Part shown: piece after piece, positions 51,271 through 61,661 of the stretch
Layout of the letters: each line of letters opens with the position of its first letter
How positions within the stretch are numbered: position 1 is the stretch's first letter
Source: an uncultured Actinomycetes bacterium
GTDB taxonomy: Bacteria; Actinomycetota; Thermoleophilia; Solirubrobacterales; 70-9
Reading direction: 5' to 3'
Assembly: GCA_963738305.1 (NCBI GenBank)
Contig: CAVTVU010000012.1
Span: 40,302-104,301, forward strand
DNA: 64,000 nucleotides
Program-made: the position numbers and the translations under genes
The notes under the pieces: generated by a model
Databases searched by the model: none
Told to the model about the DNA's origin: nothing
The model's input: the letters and a program-made list of their open reading frames with translations, nothing else

Positions 51271-52638
51271 TCAGGGCGCAGAGCCGCCCTCGACCGCCGT
51301 GCCTCCCGCTGAGCCTTGCAGACGGGCACGGGTCCAGTCGGCACCCGCCGTCGCTGCCAGGGACGCCAGCGGCAGCACCAGGGTCATGAGGATCTCGTTA
51401 CGCCGAGGCGCTGCAAGGCTGACGGCGCCGATCAAGGTGATCGTCACGATCGGGATCGCGAAGGCGATCGCCTCCCAGCGCCGGCGCCAGGCGATCAGGA
51501 CCAGGCCGGCGAGCGCGAGGAGCACCACCAGGCGCTGAACGGTGCGCCCCACGGGGCTCTCGATCGCCGAGCCGACTCCGCTTCCCCACATCCGCCCGAT
51601 CTTCCGCACCAGCATCGCCCCGTAGTCGAGCGGGTGGTTGGTGATGTCGTCGCGGAGGTTTTGCTTGCCGATCTTGCCCAGGGCGCTGTCGCGGGGAAGG
51701 TCGGGATAGCGATCCGCGACCCGGTTGAAAAGAGGCACCGGGTCGACCCGATCCAGGGCAGCCGAACCCGGATCGAGGTCGCGCCCCAGGTAGCGCTCGA
51801 CGAGGATCGCCTTGACCCGCTGGTAATCGCCGTCGGCGGCTAGGTAGGTCCCGACGTAGAGCGCCTTGCCGCCGCCGGTCGAGAGCGGCACGAAGCGGTC
51901 GAGTACGACGTAGTTGCGGACCGTCCAGGGCAGCACCGGGACCAGGAGCGCGAGTACCAGCGCAGTGACGGCCAGCACCCCGGCGCGCGGGCCACGGCGG
52001 CGCCACTCGCGGACCAGCGCGAACACCGCGAATGCGCCGCCAACCGCCAGGTACTCGGGCCGAATCAGCGCAGTGAGCCCGAACAGCAAGCCGGGCAAGA
52101 GCCAGGCAGCGGGGCGGCGCCCATCGGCCCAGACGAAGGCGAGCACCGCGGCGGGCAGGGTGAACAGGGCCGGCGGCTCGCTGAGTATCTCGCCAGTGCT
52201 GTGGATGAACGGGGGGTAGACGGCAACGGCCGCGGCGGCGAGCAGCCCGGTCGTCCGCGTGCCCAGCCGAAGCCCGAGCAGGAAGACGACGACGATCCCG
52301 AGACAGCCGAGGATGGTATTGAGGATTCGCACCGTTCCCTCACGCACGCCCCCCGTAGCGAAGAAGGCGCCGGCGTAGAGGAGCGGCGCGCCGGGCGACC
52401 AGTCGCTGGTGTTCACGAACCCGCGGCTGCCGTAGGTGCCGTCCTCGTAGAGGGACCGCGAGAGGTCGAGGTAGGCGGCGGCGTCGTCGACCGGGTCGGT
52501 GACGGGATTGACGACACGATCGGCCCGCAGGGCGAAGCCGATGGCCACGATCAGCGCCAGGATGACGATGGTGGGCCGCCCGTAGCGTTCCAGGATCCCG
52601 CGGGCCCACCCGCGTGTCGAGTCGAGGACGGCGGCCAC
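51271..52638 (-). CDS. GT-C fold glycosyltransferase (family 39/83, PMT_2/ArnT-like), paralog 2
   Basis: Polytopic membrane protein. The first loop reads VDDAAAYLDLSRSLYEDGTY (DxxxY-type acidic motif). It is similar along its length to 52650-54068. GTG 52638 was chosen; the track ORF extends into the upstream gene. Confidence 0.75.
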   Translation of the reverse strand: MAAVLDSTRGWARGILERYGRPTIVILALIVAIGFALRADRVVNPVTDPVDDAAAYLDLSRSLYEDGTYGSRGFVNTSDWSPGAPLLYAGAFFATGGVREGTVRILNTILGCLGIVVVFLLGLRLGTRTTGLLAAAAVAVYPPFIHSTGEILSEPPALFTLPAAVLAFVWADGRRPAAWLLPGLLFGLTALIRPEYLAVGGAFAVFALVREWRRRGPRAGVLAVTALVLALLVPVLPWTVRNYVVLDRFVPLSTGGGKALYVGTYLAADGDYQRVKAILVERYLGRDLDPGSAALDRVDPVPLFNRVADRYPDLPRDSALGKIGKQNLRDDITNHPLDYGAMLVRKIGRMWGSGVGSAIESPVGRTVQRLVVLLALAGLVLIAWRRRWEAIAFAIPIVTITLIGAVSLAAPRRNEILMTLVLPLASLAATAGADWTRARLQGSAGGTAVEGGSAP

Positions 52639-52649
52639 GGTCGCGCAAT

Positions 52650-54068
52650 CTAGACCGTCGGCCGGTGGCCGGGCCCGGGCGCGGGGAGCCGGCCCCGCAG
52701 CGTCCGCACACTCCAAACGGCCCCTGTCCCGGCCAGCGGAGCGATCAACGGCACGGCGACGAGGACCCGCCGCGGCGAGGCGACGAGGACCAGTCCGATC
52801 AGGGTGATCGCGACAAGGATCGCCGCGATCAGCACCGCCTCGGGCCGCCTCGCCCCAATCAGCACCGCCAGCCCGATCGCGGCGAAGCCGATCAGCAGCA
52901 GGTGGAACACGGTCCAGGTGGGCTCGTGCATGACGCTGCGCGGACCGTGCAGCCAAAGACGGTTGAGTTTGTTGGCTAGGAACCCGGCGTATGACCACGG
53001 CTCTTCGGTGATGTCGTGCCAAAGCTGCTCGCGGCCCATCCGGGCCAGCGCCACATCGCTGTCGACGCCCGGGTGGCGCTGGGCGGCAAGCGCCGCGAGG
53101 ATCACCTCCAGCGTCGGAGGCTGCGCCCCCCCGCCGCCCGGCCCGGCGCCGGGACCGGCAAGGAGCTGGCGACGGAGACCGGGATGGCGCTCCAGCACCT
53201 CCTCGCCGACCTTTTGCGGGTCCCCCCCCGACGGCAGGTAGGTGCCGGCAAAGAGGGCCTGCCCGCCGCCGGTGGAGATCGGCACGAAGCGATCGAGCAC
53301 CACCAGGTTGCGGATCGTCCACGGGGCCACGACGATCGCCACGCCCACAAGCAGCACCGCCGATCGCGAGAGGGCGAGGGCGGCGCCCTCCCGCCGAAGC
53401 GAGGAGGCGAACAGGAGCAACGCCAGCAGGGCGGCGATCGCCAGGTACTCGGGGCGCACCATCGCGGTCGCCCCCAGAAGCAGGCCCGGCCCGAGCCAGC
53501 GCGCGGTTCCGGGGCGATCGCCAGCACTCATCATCGCCAGCACCGAGCCCGAGAGGAGGGTCGCGCCAAGGGGCTCGGTCATCAGCATCCCGCCGTACTC
53601 GAGCAGCGCCGGATAGACGGCGACGGCGACGGCGGCGATCAACCCCGCGGCGACACCCGCCAGGCGGCGCCCGATCAGGTAGGCGAAGAGCACCGAGAGC
53701 GAGGCCACCAGTGCCAGCGTCACCCGCGCCAGCCTGGCGTCCACTCCACCGGTGACGCGATAGAGCCCGCCGACGAGCAGGGGCAGGCCAGGCGAGTAGT
53801 TGCTGGCGGGCTGCACCTCGCCGGGCTTGAAGTTGCCCAGCTGGTCGAAGGTCCCGTCAACCTCGATGCTGGCAGCGATCCGCTCGTAAGCGCGGGAGTC
53901 GAGGACCTGAGGCCGGTAGCCGTCCCAGGCGTAGCCGATGCGCAGCCCGGCGCCGGCCAGCAGGATTACCAGGAGCACGGCGAGCCCCACCCGCCCTCCG
54001 TTGCGGGCGATCAGGCCTCCGATCCGGCTTCCGATCGGGCGGCGGCGGTGTTCTACCCCCGGCGGCAC
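52650..54068 (-). CDS. GT-C fold glycosyltransferase (family 39/83, PMT_2/ArnT-like), paralog 1
   Basis: 472 aa with many TM helices. The first loop reads VLDSRAYERIAASIEVDGTF...SPGLPLLVGGLY. The C-terminal half parallels its paralog (VVLDRFVPISTGGGQALFAGTY versus VVLDRFVPLSTGGGKALYVGTY). Confidence 0.75.
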   Translation of the reverse strand: MPPGVEHRRRPIGSRIGGLIARNGGRVGLAVLLVILLAGAGLRIGYAWDGYRPQVLDSRAYERIAASIEVDGTFDQLGNFKPGEVQPASNYSPGLPLLVGGLYRVTGGVDARLARVTLALVASLSVLFAYLIGRRLAGVAAGLIAAVAVAVYPALLEYGGMLMTEPLGATLLSGSVLAMMSAGDRPGTARWLGPGLLLGATAMVRPEYLAIAALLALLLFASSLRREGAALALSRSAVLLVGVAIVVAPWTIRNLVVLDRFVPISTGGGQALFAGTYLPSGGDPQKVGEEVLERHPGLRRQLLAGPGAGPGGGGAQPPTLEVILAALAAQRHPGVDSDVALARMGREQLWHDITEEPWSYAGFLANKLNRLWLHGPRSVMHEPTWTVFHLLLIGFAAIGLAVLIGARRPEAVLIAAILVAITLIGLVLVASPRRVLVAVPLIAPLAGTGAVWSVRTLRGRLPAPGPGHRPTV

Positions 54069-54143
54069 CGGTTCCCGATCCTAGTCGCGGGATCGGCTCG
54101 TGCCGGCCCTTGGCGCCCAGGCGATTCGGTACCCTCCCGCGCC

Positions 54144-55343
54144 ATGCGCGTTCTCATTCTCGGGGGCGACGGCTACCTCGGTTGGCCGACGGCCCTGAGG
54201 TTCTCGGCCCGCGGCCACGAGGTTTCGGTCCTCGACAACTTCTCTCGCCGGCGCTGGCATCAGGAGCACGGGACGGACTCCCTGACCCCGATCCGCAGCC
54301 TCGACGAGCGCATCGGCGCCTGGCAGGAGATCTCCGGCGAGCAGATCCGGCGCTACGTCGGCAGCGTCGAGGACGGCGCCTTCCTCGACGAGGTCGTGGC
54401 CGAGGCGCGCCCCGAGGCGATCGTCCACTACGGCGAGCAGCCCTCGGCGCCCTACTCGATGATGTCCCGGGAGCGGGCGGTCGAGACCCAGCACACCAAC
54501 GTGATCGGCACCCTGAACCTGCTCTTCTCGATCCGCGACCACGTGCCGGATGCCCACCTGGTCAAGCTCGGAACAATGGGGGAGTACGGCACGCCGAACA
54601 TCGACATCGAAGAGGGGTTCATCGAGATCGAGCACAAGGGGCGCCGTGACACCCTCCCGTTCCCGAAGCTGCCGGGGTCGCTCTATCACTGCTCGAAGGT
54701 CCACGACTCGACCAACATCCACTTCGCCTGCCGCATCTGGGGCCTGCGCGCGACCGACCTCAACCAGGGCGTGGTCTACGGCATCGACACCGAGGAGACC
54801 GCGCGCGACGAGCGCCTCGTCACCCGATTCGACTACGACGAGGTGTTCGGCACCGTGCTCAACCGGTTCTGCCTGCAGGCGGTGATCGGCCATCCGCTCA
54901 CCGTCTATGGCGCCGGCGGGCAGACACGGGGCTTCCTCAACATCCGGGACACGCTGCGCTGTGTCGAGCTGGCGGTGGAGAACCCGGCCGGGGCCGGCGA
55001 GTACCGGGTCTTCAACCAGTTCACCGAGCAGTTCTCGGTCGGCGAGCTGGCCGAGCTGGTCAGCGAGGCGGGCCGGCACCTCGGCTACGAGGTGGAAACC
55101 CGCACCTACGAGAACCCGCGGGTCGAGCGCGAGCAGCACTACTACAACGCCACCCACACCAAGCTGCTCGACCTCGGGCTCGAGCCGACCCTGCTGGGCG
55201 AGGAGCTGGTGGAGTCGATGCTGCACGCGATCGAGCGCCATCGCGAGCGGGCGATCGGGAGCGCGATCGAGCCGCAGACCCGCTGGAACCCTTCCTCCGG
55301 GGAGGCCGCGGGAGCGATCTCGCCGGTCGCGGCGGGCAGCTAG
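54144..55343 (+). CDS. sqdB: UDP-sulfoquinovose synthase-like SDR
   Basis: [18 protein letters not shown] (Rossmann fold), [48 protein letters not shown] (Y-H-x-x-K), [29 protein letters not shown]. From memory, these are the hallmark blocks of SQD1/SqdB/Agl3. Confidence 0.8.
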   Translation: MRVLILGGDGYLGWPTALRFSARGHEVSVLDNFSRRRWHQEHGTDSLTPIRSLDERIGAWQEISGEQIRRYVGSVEDGAFLDEVVAEARPEAIVHYGEQPSAPYSMMSRERAVETQHTNVIGTLNLLFSIRDHVPDAHLVKLGTMGEYGTPNIDIEEGFIEIEHKGRRDTLPFPKLPGSLYHCSKVHDSTNIHFACRIWGLRATDLNQGVVYGIDTEETARDERLVTRFDYDEVFGTVLNRFCLQAVIGHPLTVYGAGGQTRGFLNIRDTLRCVELAVENPAGAGEYRVFNQFTEQFSVGELAELVSEAGRHLGYEVETRTYENPRVEREQHYYNATHTKLLDLGLEPTLLGEELVESMLHAIERHRERAIGSAIEPQTRWNPSSGEAAGAISPVAAGS

Positions 55344-55416
55344 AAGCGCCGGCTCGCCGCCCCAAAACACCCTGCTCGGCAGGCACGGAGCCGCTGCTAC
55401 CATCGCCTGTTTGACG

Positions 55417-57096
55417 ATGAGAGCCGCCGACGCACTGATGGAGTCGCTGAAGGCCGAGGGTGTCGAGCACATCTTCGGCATCCCGGGCGGGGCCAACCTG
55501 CCCACCTACGACGCCCTCGTCGACGCCGACCTCGACCACATCCAGGTCCGCCACGAGCAGGGCGGCGGCCACGCCGCGGAGGGCTACGCGAAGGCGTCGG
55601 GGCGGGTCGGGGTCGCTTTCGCCACCTCCGGCCCGGGGGCGACCAACCTGGTCACGGCGATCGCCGACGCGATGATGGACTCGGTCCCGACCGTCTTCGT
55701 CACCGGGCAGGTGCGAACCGAGCTGATCGGCACCGACGGATTCCAGGAGGCCGACGTGCTTGGGGCGACGCTGCCCTTCGTCAAGCACTCCTTCCAGGTC
55801 ACCGACCCGCGCCAGATCCCCGAGTACGTGCACGAGGCCTTCCACGTCGCCTCGACCGGGCGCCCCGGGCCGGTGCTGATCGACATTCCCCAGGACCTCT
55901 CGCGCGCGGAGATCGAGTACGAGCCCCGCACCGACCCAGTCGAGCTGCCCGGGTACAAGCCCTCGGTCGAGGGCAATATCAAGCAGGTGCGGATCGCCGC
56001 CAAGGCGCTCGCCAACGCCCGCCGCCCGGTCTTCTACACCGGCGGCGGTGTGGTCAACGCCAACGCCTCCGAGGAGCTTCGCGAGCTCTGCCTCAGCGAC
56101 GAGTTCCCCGTCACCTCGACCCTGATGGGCCTCGGAGCCTTCCCGGCCAGCCACGAGCACTGGATCGGGATGCTGGGCATGCACGGCACCCGCACGGCCA
56201 ACTATGCGATGGACAACGCCGATCTGATCGTCGCCCTCGGAGCCCGCTTCGACGATCGCATCACCGGCAAGCTCTCGGAGTTCGCCCCGCGGGCAAAGTT
56301 CATCCACGTCGACGTCGATCCGGCCGAGATCTCCAAGAACGTCCCGGCCCACATCCCGATCGTCGGCGACGCGAAGTACGTGATCCCGGCCCTGACCCGC
56401 GAGTACCGCGCGCTGCAGACCGACTCGGGGCGGCTGGAGGCTTGGTGGAAGCAGATCCACGCCTGGCAGAAGGAGTACCCGCTCTCCTACGAGGAGGGCG
56501 ACGGAGGCGAGATCAAGCCGCAATTCATGGTCGAGGCGATGTTCCGCGCGACCGGTGGCGACGCGATCGTCACCTCCGACGTCGGCCAGCACCAGATGTG
56601 GGCCGCCCAGTACTACGGCTTCGACCGCCCTCGCCGCTGGATCAACTCCGGCGGCCTGGGGACGATGGGCTTCGGGCTGCCGGCGGCGATCGGCGCCAAG
56701 GTTGCCTGCCCCGACGACCAGGTCGTCTGCCTGGCCGGCGACGGCAGCCTCGTCATGAACTGCCAGGAGCTGGCGACCGCGGTGCACCAGAAGATCCCGG
56801 TCAAGGTCTTCCTGATGAACAACGGCTACATGGGCATGGTACGCCAGTGGCAGGAGCTCTTCTGGGACAAGCGCTACAGCTCGGTCGAGCTGGGACCCAG
56901 CCCCGACTGGGTGAAGCTGGCCGAGGCGTTCGGCGCCACCGGGCTGCGTTGCGAGGACGCCGCCGACCTGGAGGAGGCGATGCGTGGGGCGCTGGAGGCC
57001 GAGGGCCCGGTCCTGCTCGACGTCCGCGTCTCGCCGGCCGAGAACTGCTACCCGATGATCCCCGCCGGTGCGGCGGCTCGCGACATGGTCGGATGA
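55417..57096 (+). CDS. ilvB: acetolactate synthase large subunit
   Basis: [29 protein letters not shown]...[14 protein letters not shown]...[10 protein letters not shown]...[16 protein letters not shown]...[12 protein letters not shown]...[12 protein letters not shown]. Confidence 0.95.
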   Translation: MRAADALMESLKAEGVEHIFGIPGGANLPTYDALVDADLDHIQVRHEQGGGHAAEGYAKASGRVGVAFATSGPGATNLVTAIADAMMDSVPTVFVTGQVRTELIGTDGFQEADVLGATLPFVKHSFQVTDPRQIPEYVHEAFHVASTGRPGPVLIDIPQDLSRAEIEYEPRTDPVELPGYKPSVEGNIKQVRIAAKALANARRPVFYTGGGVVNANASEELRELCLSDEFPVTSTLMGLGAFPASHEHWIGMLGMHGTRTANYAMDNADLIVALGARFDDRITGKLSEFAPRAKFIHVDVDPAEISKNVPAHIPIVGDAKYVIPALTREYRALQTDSGRLEAWWKQIHAWQKEYPLSYEEGDGGEIKPQFMVEAMFRATGGDAIVTSDVGQHQMWAAQYYGFDRPRRWINSGGLGTMGFGLPAAIGAKVACPDDQVVCLAGDGSLVMNCQELATAVHQKIPVKVFLMNNGYMGMVRQWQELFWDKRYSSVELGPSPDWVKLAEAFGATGLRCEDAADLEEAMRGALEAEGPVLLDVRVSPAENCYPMIPAGAAARDMVG

Positions 57097-57169
57097 GCCC
57101 CACGACCAAGCAGATCGAGGATGCAGGGCGCGAAGCGTGCTCCGCACGCGAGCGCCCGAAGACGAAGAT

Positions 57170-57742
57170 ATGCGCAGCGTCGTGGGGTTCATGATGGGGG
57201 AACCAGGGACTCCTGAGGCGGTCAAGCTCGAGGACCTGCACGTCCCCGGGGCCCTGACCGGGCGCAAGCACGTGCTCTCGATCCTGGTCGAGAACCGGCC
57301 CGGCGTGCTGGCCCGGATCGCCGGGCTCTTCGCCCGCCGCGGCTTCAACATCGACACGCTCGCGGTCGGGCCGACCGACGACGCCGAGATCTCGCGAATC
57401 ACCCTCACCCTGGACGGGGCCGTCCACCCGATCGACCAGGTGACCAAGCAGCTCCACAAGCTGGTCAACGTGCTGAAGATCCGCGACATGGAGCCCGAGG
57501 AGACCATCGCTCGGGAGATGGCGCTCTTCAAGGTTTCCGCGGCGGTGGAGAACCGGGCCGAGGTGATGCAGTTCGCCGAGATCTTCCGTGCCAAGATCGT
57601 CGACATCTCGCGGCGCACGATGACGATCGAGGTGACCGGCTCGGCCGACAAGGTCGAGGCCTTCGAGCGGATGATCCGCCCGCACGGTCTGGTCGAGATG
57701 GTCCGCACGGGCGAGATCGCGATCGCCCGCGGCGGCGACTAG
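57170..57742 (+). CDS. ilvN: acetolactate synthase small subunit
   Basis: HVLSILVENRPGVLARIAGLFARRGFNIDTLAVGPT is the ACT domain. Then ...KLVNVLKIRD.... The start is uncertain (ATG 57170 or nearby ATGs). Confidence 0.9.
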   Translation: MRSVVGFMMGEPGTPEAVKLEDLHVPGALTGRKHVLSILVENRPGVLARIAGLFARRGFNIDTLAVGPTDDAEISRITLTLDGAVHPIDQVTKQLHKLVNVLKIRDMEPEETIAREMALFKVSAAVENRAEVMQFAEIFRAKIVDISRRTMTIEVTGSADKVEAFERMIRPHGLVEMVRTGEIAIARGGD

Positions 57743-58324
57743 ATGCTGCGCCAGGCGGAGCCTGGCACTTTGCGCGACGCGGAAATCTCCGAGGCCGCGG
57801 CCCGCAGCCTCTCTCGACACAAGCGCCATCCCTTTGTTCGGTCGGCCGCCGGCGGCCGGACGCTTAGCGCGCTGATGCTGCCGCTTCTTGCGATTCGGCC
57901 CCCGACGGGGTACGGAGTGATCACCACGGCCGGCCGCAAAACCGGCAAGCTGCGTCGCAGATGCCTGCGCGCAATACAGCACGGGGACGTCGTCTACGTC
58001 GTCATGCTCCGCCCGCCGATCGTCGCGGTGGAACGCCCGGGGACGGTCAGCGCCTGGGTGCTCAACATCCGGGCCGACCCGAAAGTGCGGGTTCGCCTGG
58101 CCGGCGGCAGCTTCGCCGGAGTGGCACGCGAGCTTCGCGAGGTCGGGGAGCTGGAGAGGGCGCGGCGGGCCTTCTGCGAACCGGTCGTGCCGCTCGACTA
58201 CATGGAGTGCAACCTGCACCTTCGTGGCGTGCCGAGCCGCGCCAAGATCCGCGAGATGCACCGGTACTGGTTCGACACCGGCATACCACTGGCGGTCGAG
58301 CTGGTTAGCAATGCCGGCACTTGA
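57743..58324 (+). CDS. DUF385 / deazaflavin-dependent oxidoreductase (FDOR-A, Ddn-like) family protein
   Basis: GVITTAGRKTGKLRRRCL...AWVLNIRADPKVRVRL is the characteristic pair of blocks. The ATG directly follows the ilvN stop. The 3' end overlaps the menF start by 14 nt. Confidence 0.7.
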   Translation: MLRQAEPGTLRDAEISEAAARSLSRHKRHPFVRSAAGGRTLSALMLPLLAIRPPTGYGVITTAGRKTGKLRRRCLRAIQHGDVVYVVMLRPPIVAVERPGTVSAWVLNIRADPKVRVRLAGGSFAGVARELREVGELERARRAFCEPVVPLDYMECNLHLRGVPSRAKIREMHRYWFDTGIPLAVELVSNAGT

Positions 58325-59711
58325 GGCCGACATCCTGCTGGCCGCGATCACCGACGGCCTCGCTGCCGCCCGCGAGCGGCCAGGCCGCACCTTGGTGAGC
58401 GCCACCGCGGAGGTCGAGGTCGACGACCCGATCGCCTTCGTCTTCGCCTCCCGGCTGGCGAGCGATCGATGGTTTTGTTGGGAGCAGCCGGACCGGGGCT
58501 TTGCGCTGGCGGCCCTCGGTATCGCCCACGAGGCGGTCTCGCGCGGTCCAGAGCGCTTCGTCGACGTCGCCGGCGCTTGTCTCGAGCTGGCCCGGAACCG
58601 GATTGCCAGTGGCGAGGAGGACCTGTCGCCCGGCGCCGGACCGGCTTGGTGTGGCGGTTTCGCCTTCGCCGACCACGGCGGGGCATCCGCAATCTGGTCC
58701 TCGTTTCCGCCGGCGCTCCTGGTCCTGCCGGAGATCTCCCTCTGTCGCTCGGGTGAGAGGACCTTTGCGACCGTGAACGCGGTCGGGGGCCCGGCCGTGG
58801 ATGGAGAGGAGATCACAGCGCAGCTCGGCGCCCGTTTGGCGGGGCTGCGCGACGCTTCGCTCCCGCTGCTCGACCCCGCCCTGTTCGGGCGGACCGAGAT
58901 CGAGAGCGTCCGGCCCCCGAGCGCCTTCGAGGCCGCGGTGGCGGCGGCGGTGGACCGGATCGCCTCCAGCGAGATCGAGAAGGTCGTGCTGGCCCGTGCG
59001 GTGCGGGTCCGCGCCCCCGCCGCGTACGACGCCGCGGCCGTCTTCGGGGCGATTCGCGAGCTGTTCCCGGCCTGCTTCTGCTTCTGCTGCGGGACGCCGG
59101 AGGCCGCCTTCGTCGGCGCCAGCCCGGAGACCCTGATCCGCCGCTCGGGCGCCGGGGCCTCCACCGTCGCGCTCGCGGGCTCGGCCAGGCGCAGCTCCGA
59201 CCCGGCTGTCGACGACCACATCGGCCAGCGCCTGTTGAGCAGCGAGAAGGACCGCAACGAGCACGAGATCGTCGTGCGCCGGATCGTGCGAAAGCTGGAG
59301 CCGTTGTCGGTTTGGGTCGAGCCGGCGAGCGATCCGGGCCTAGTGAAGATCGCCAACATCCAGCACCTGGCAACCCCGATCCACGCTCAAATCGCGGATT
59401 CCCGCTCCGCCGTCGAGTTGGCGGCGCTGCTCCATCCGACGCCGGCGATCGGAGGGGAGCCGTGGCCGGCGGCGGAGCGGCTGATCGACGAGCTGGAGGG
59501 GATGGACCGCGGCTGGTACGCGGGCGCGATCGGCTGGATGGACGCCGCCGAGGACGGCGAGTTCTGCGTCGGCATCCGCAGCGCCTTGCTGCGGGACCGC
59601 GAGGCGCACCTCTTCGCCGGCAACGGCATCGTCGTCGATTCCGACCCCGAGGCGGAGCTGGCCGAGACCGAGCCGAAGCTCGGCGCGATGCTGCCCCTGC
59701 TGACGGACTAG
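58311..59711 (+). CDS. menF: isochorismate synthase
   Basis: KVVLARAV...GASPETLIRR...LAGSARR...SEKDRNEHEIVV...LHPTPAIGGEP...MDRGWYAGAIGW...RSALL...AGNGIVVDSDPEAE. ATG 58311 was chosen. Confidence 0.85.
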   Translation: MPALEADILLAAITDGLAAARERPGRTLVSATAEVEVDDPIAFVFASRLASDRWFCWEQPDRGFALAALGIAHEAVSRGPERFVDVAGACLELARNRIASGEEDLSPGAGPAWCGGFAFADHGGASAIWSSFPPALLVLPEISLCRSGERTFATVNAVGGPAVDGEEITAQLGARLAGLRDASLPLLDPALFGRTEIESVRPPSAFEAAVAAAVDRIASSEIEKVVLARAVRVRAPAAYDAAAVFGAIRELFPACFCFCCGTPEAAFVGASPETLIRRSGAGASTVALAGSARRSSDPAVDDHIGQRLLSSEKDRNEHEIVVRRIVRKLEPLSVWVEPASDPGLVKIANIQHLATPIHAQIADSRSAVELAALLHPTPAIGGEPWPAAERLIDELEGMDRGWYAGAIGWMDAAEDGEFCVGIRSALLRDREAHLFAGNGIVVDSDPEAELAETEPKLGAMLPLLTD

Positions 59712-59826
59712 GGCGGGACGGGCCGCCGCCGTCCCCCGCCAGCCGAGCTGCAAGTTACGGCTCCAATGATCACGGTTCTTTGCATTCGATGCCGGCGCTT
59801 GCAGGTCGGCTGCGTCGCCCCGGCGC

Positions 59827-61566
59827 TCAGGCAAGGGCTTCGGCGACCGCTGCGGCCAGGCGCTGGTGGATCGCGACGTTCTTGGCCCGATCAACCCTGA
59901 CCTCGATCAGGCCCGTGCCGGCCGCCAGCGCCTGCGGCAGCTCGCCGAGGTCCGCCACTCGTCGATGCTCGAGCCCAAACATCGCCGCGGCCTTCGCGAC
60001 ATCCACACCCCGCGGAGTCCCCAGCAGAGCCTCGAACTCCGCCTCCTTCATTGCCTGCTCCTGAGGGAGGAAGTGGAAGATCCCGCCGCCGTCGTTGTTG
60101 ACGACGACGATCCGCACCGGCGTCGACACCTCGCGCAGCGCCGCCAACCCGCCCAGGTCGTGCAGCAGTCCGAGGTCGCCGGTGACGATCGTGGTCGGGC
60201 GGCCCGATGCGTGCGCGGCGCCGATCCCCGACGAGACCAGGCCGTCGATCCCGTTGGCCCCCCGGTTGGCGAGGAAGAGCACGTCGGCCTCTCCAGGTGG
60301 CAAGAACGTCTCCTGGTCGCGGATCGGCATGCTCGACGCGGTGTAGACGAGATCGCCGTCCTCATAGCTGGTCCCGAGGGTGGTGGCCAGGCCCGGTTCG
60401 CTGGGTGCGCCAAGCCCCGAGAGAGCATCGGCGAGGGCGGCGCGGGACTTCGCTTCCGCGCCGACCCAGCTCTCAACCCAGCCATCCTTCACAAGCTCCG
60501 GAAGCCGCCCGGCGATCCCCTTGGCCAGCGCGGCCGGGTCAACCCGGACCAGCGCCGCGGCGCGGCTGCTCGGCTCGTTCCAGCCCCCGGCCGGGTCGAT
60601 CACCAGCTCGTCCGCTCCCGAGGCGGCGAGCCACTGGCGAAGCGGCTTCGAGGTCGGCATCTCACCGAAGCGGAGCACCAGGTCGGGATGATCCGGAGCG
60701 GCCTCGGCGCGCAGGATCGAGTCGTAGGTGGACACGACGTGCGAGCGGTCGTGGGGGCCGCTGCGAAGCTGAGAGGTCGGCTCGGCCAGGATCGGCATTC
60801 CCGCCGCGGCCGCCAGCGATGCGAGCGGGTCGCGCAACTCCGGATCGGTCTGGCGGCCGGCGACGATCAGGCCGCGCGAAGCGGCTCCCACGCGTTTGGA
60901 CAGCTCCTCGATGACAAATGAATCGGGCGGCGGCGGGGGAGACGCGAGCGCGGTCAGCGGCCGTCCCTCCCGACCCTCCCGCGCCAGGGGGTCGGTCGCA
61001 GTGACGGCGCCAGGCTCCTCCAACGGCGCCAGCGGCTCGCGCCAGGCGAGGTTGAGGTGGACCGGGCCGGGGCGGGTGTCACCGCGAGCCGCTGCGAAGG
61101 CACGGCAGGCGACCGAGCGATAGTGCAGGAGGCCGACGTCGTCGGCATCGTGGGTGCCGACCTCGCAGAACCAGCGCACCGAGTCGCCGTAGAGCTTGAG
61201 CTGGTCGATCGTCTGGCCCGTACCAATCCCACGCAGCTCCGGCGGCCGGTCGGCGGTCAGGGCGATCAGCGGCACCGCCGACTCGTCGGCCTCGCAGATC
61301 GCCGGGTGGAAGTTGGCCGCGGCCGTTCCCGAGGTGCAGAGCATCGCCACCGGCGCGCCGGTCGCCTGCGCCGCGCCGAGAGCGAAGAAGGCGGCCGAGC
61401 GCTCGTCGACGATCACCCTCAGCTCGATTGCCGGCTCGCGGTGAAGCGCCACCGCCAGCGGGGTCGAGCGCGAGCCGGGGGAGAGGACCGCGTGCCGCAC
61501 CCCGCAGCGAGCCAGCTCCTCGACCAGGGCCGAGGCGAGAGCCGTGTTGCGGTTGGTCGGGTCCAT
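59827..61566 (-). CDS. menD: 2-succinyl-5-enolpyruvyl-6-hydroxy-3-cyclohexene-1-carboxylate synthase
   Basis: NTALASALVEELARCGVRHAVLSPGSRSTPLAVAL...CTSGTAAANFHPA...LTADRPPELRGIGTGQTIDQ...GANGIDGLVSSGIGAA...GDLGLLHD...NNDGGGIFHFLPQ. ATG 61566 was chosen. Confidence 0.9.
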   Translation of the reverse strand: MDPTNRNTALASALVEELARCGVRHAVLSPGSRSTPLAVALHREPAIELRVIVDERSAAFFALGAAQATGAPVAMLCTSGTAAANFHPAICEADESAVPLIALTADRPPELRGIGTGQTIDQLKLYGDSVRWFCEVGTHDADDVGLLHYRSVACRAFAAARGDTRPGPVHLNLAWREPLAPLEEPGAVTATDPLAREGREGRPLTALASPPPPPDSFVIEELSKRVGAASRGLIVAGRQTDPELRDPLASLAAAAGMPILAEPTSQLRSGPHDRSHVVSTYDSILRAEAAPDHPDLVLRFGEMPTSKPLRQWLAASGADELVIDPAGGWNEPSSRAAALVRVDPAALAKGIAGRLPELVKDGWVESWVGAEAKSRAALADALSGLGAPSEPGLATTLGTSYEDGDLVYTASSMPIRDQETFLPPGEADVLFLANRGANGIDGLVSSGIGAAHASGRPTTIVTGDLGLLHDLGGLAALREVSTPVRIVVVNNDGGGIFHFLPQEQAMKEAEFEALLGTPRGVDVAKAAAMFGLEHRRVADLGELPQALAAGTGLIEVRVDRAKNVAIHQRLAAAVAEALA

Positions 61567-61661
61567 CAGGCCGGAACAATGACGAACCGCCGGACCGTCG
61601 CGTCTCGCTCCTACCCCTCGGGATTCAGACGCAACAAGTCGTTCGGGGCGGCCGCCGCTGC

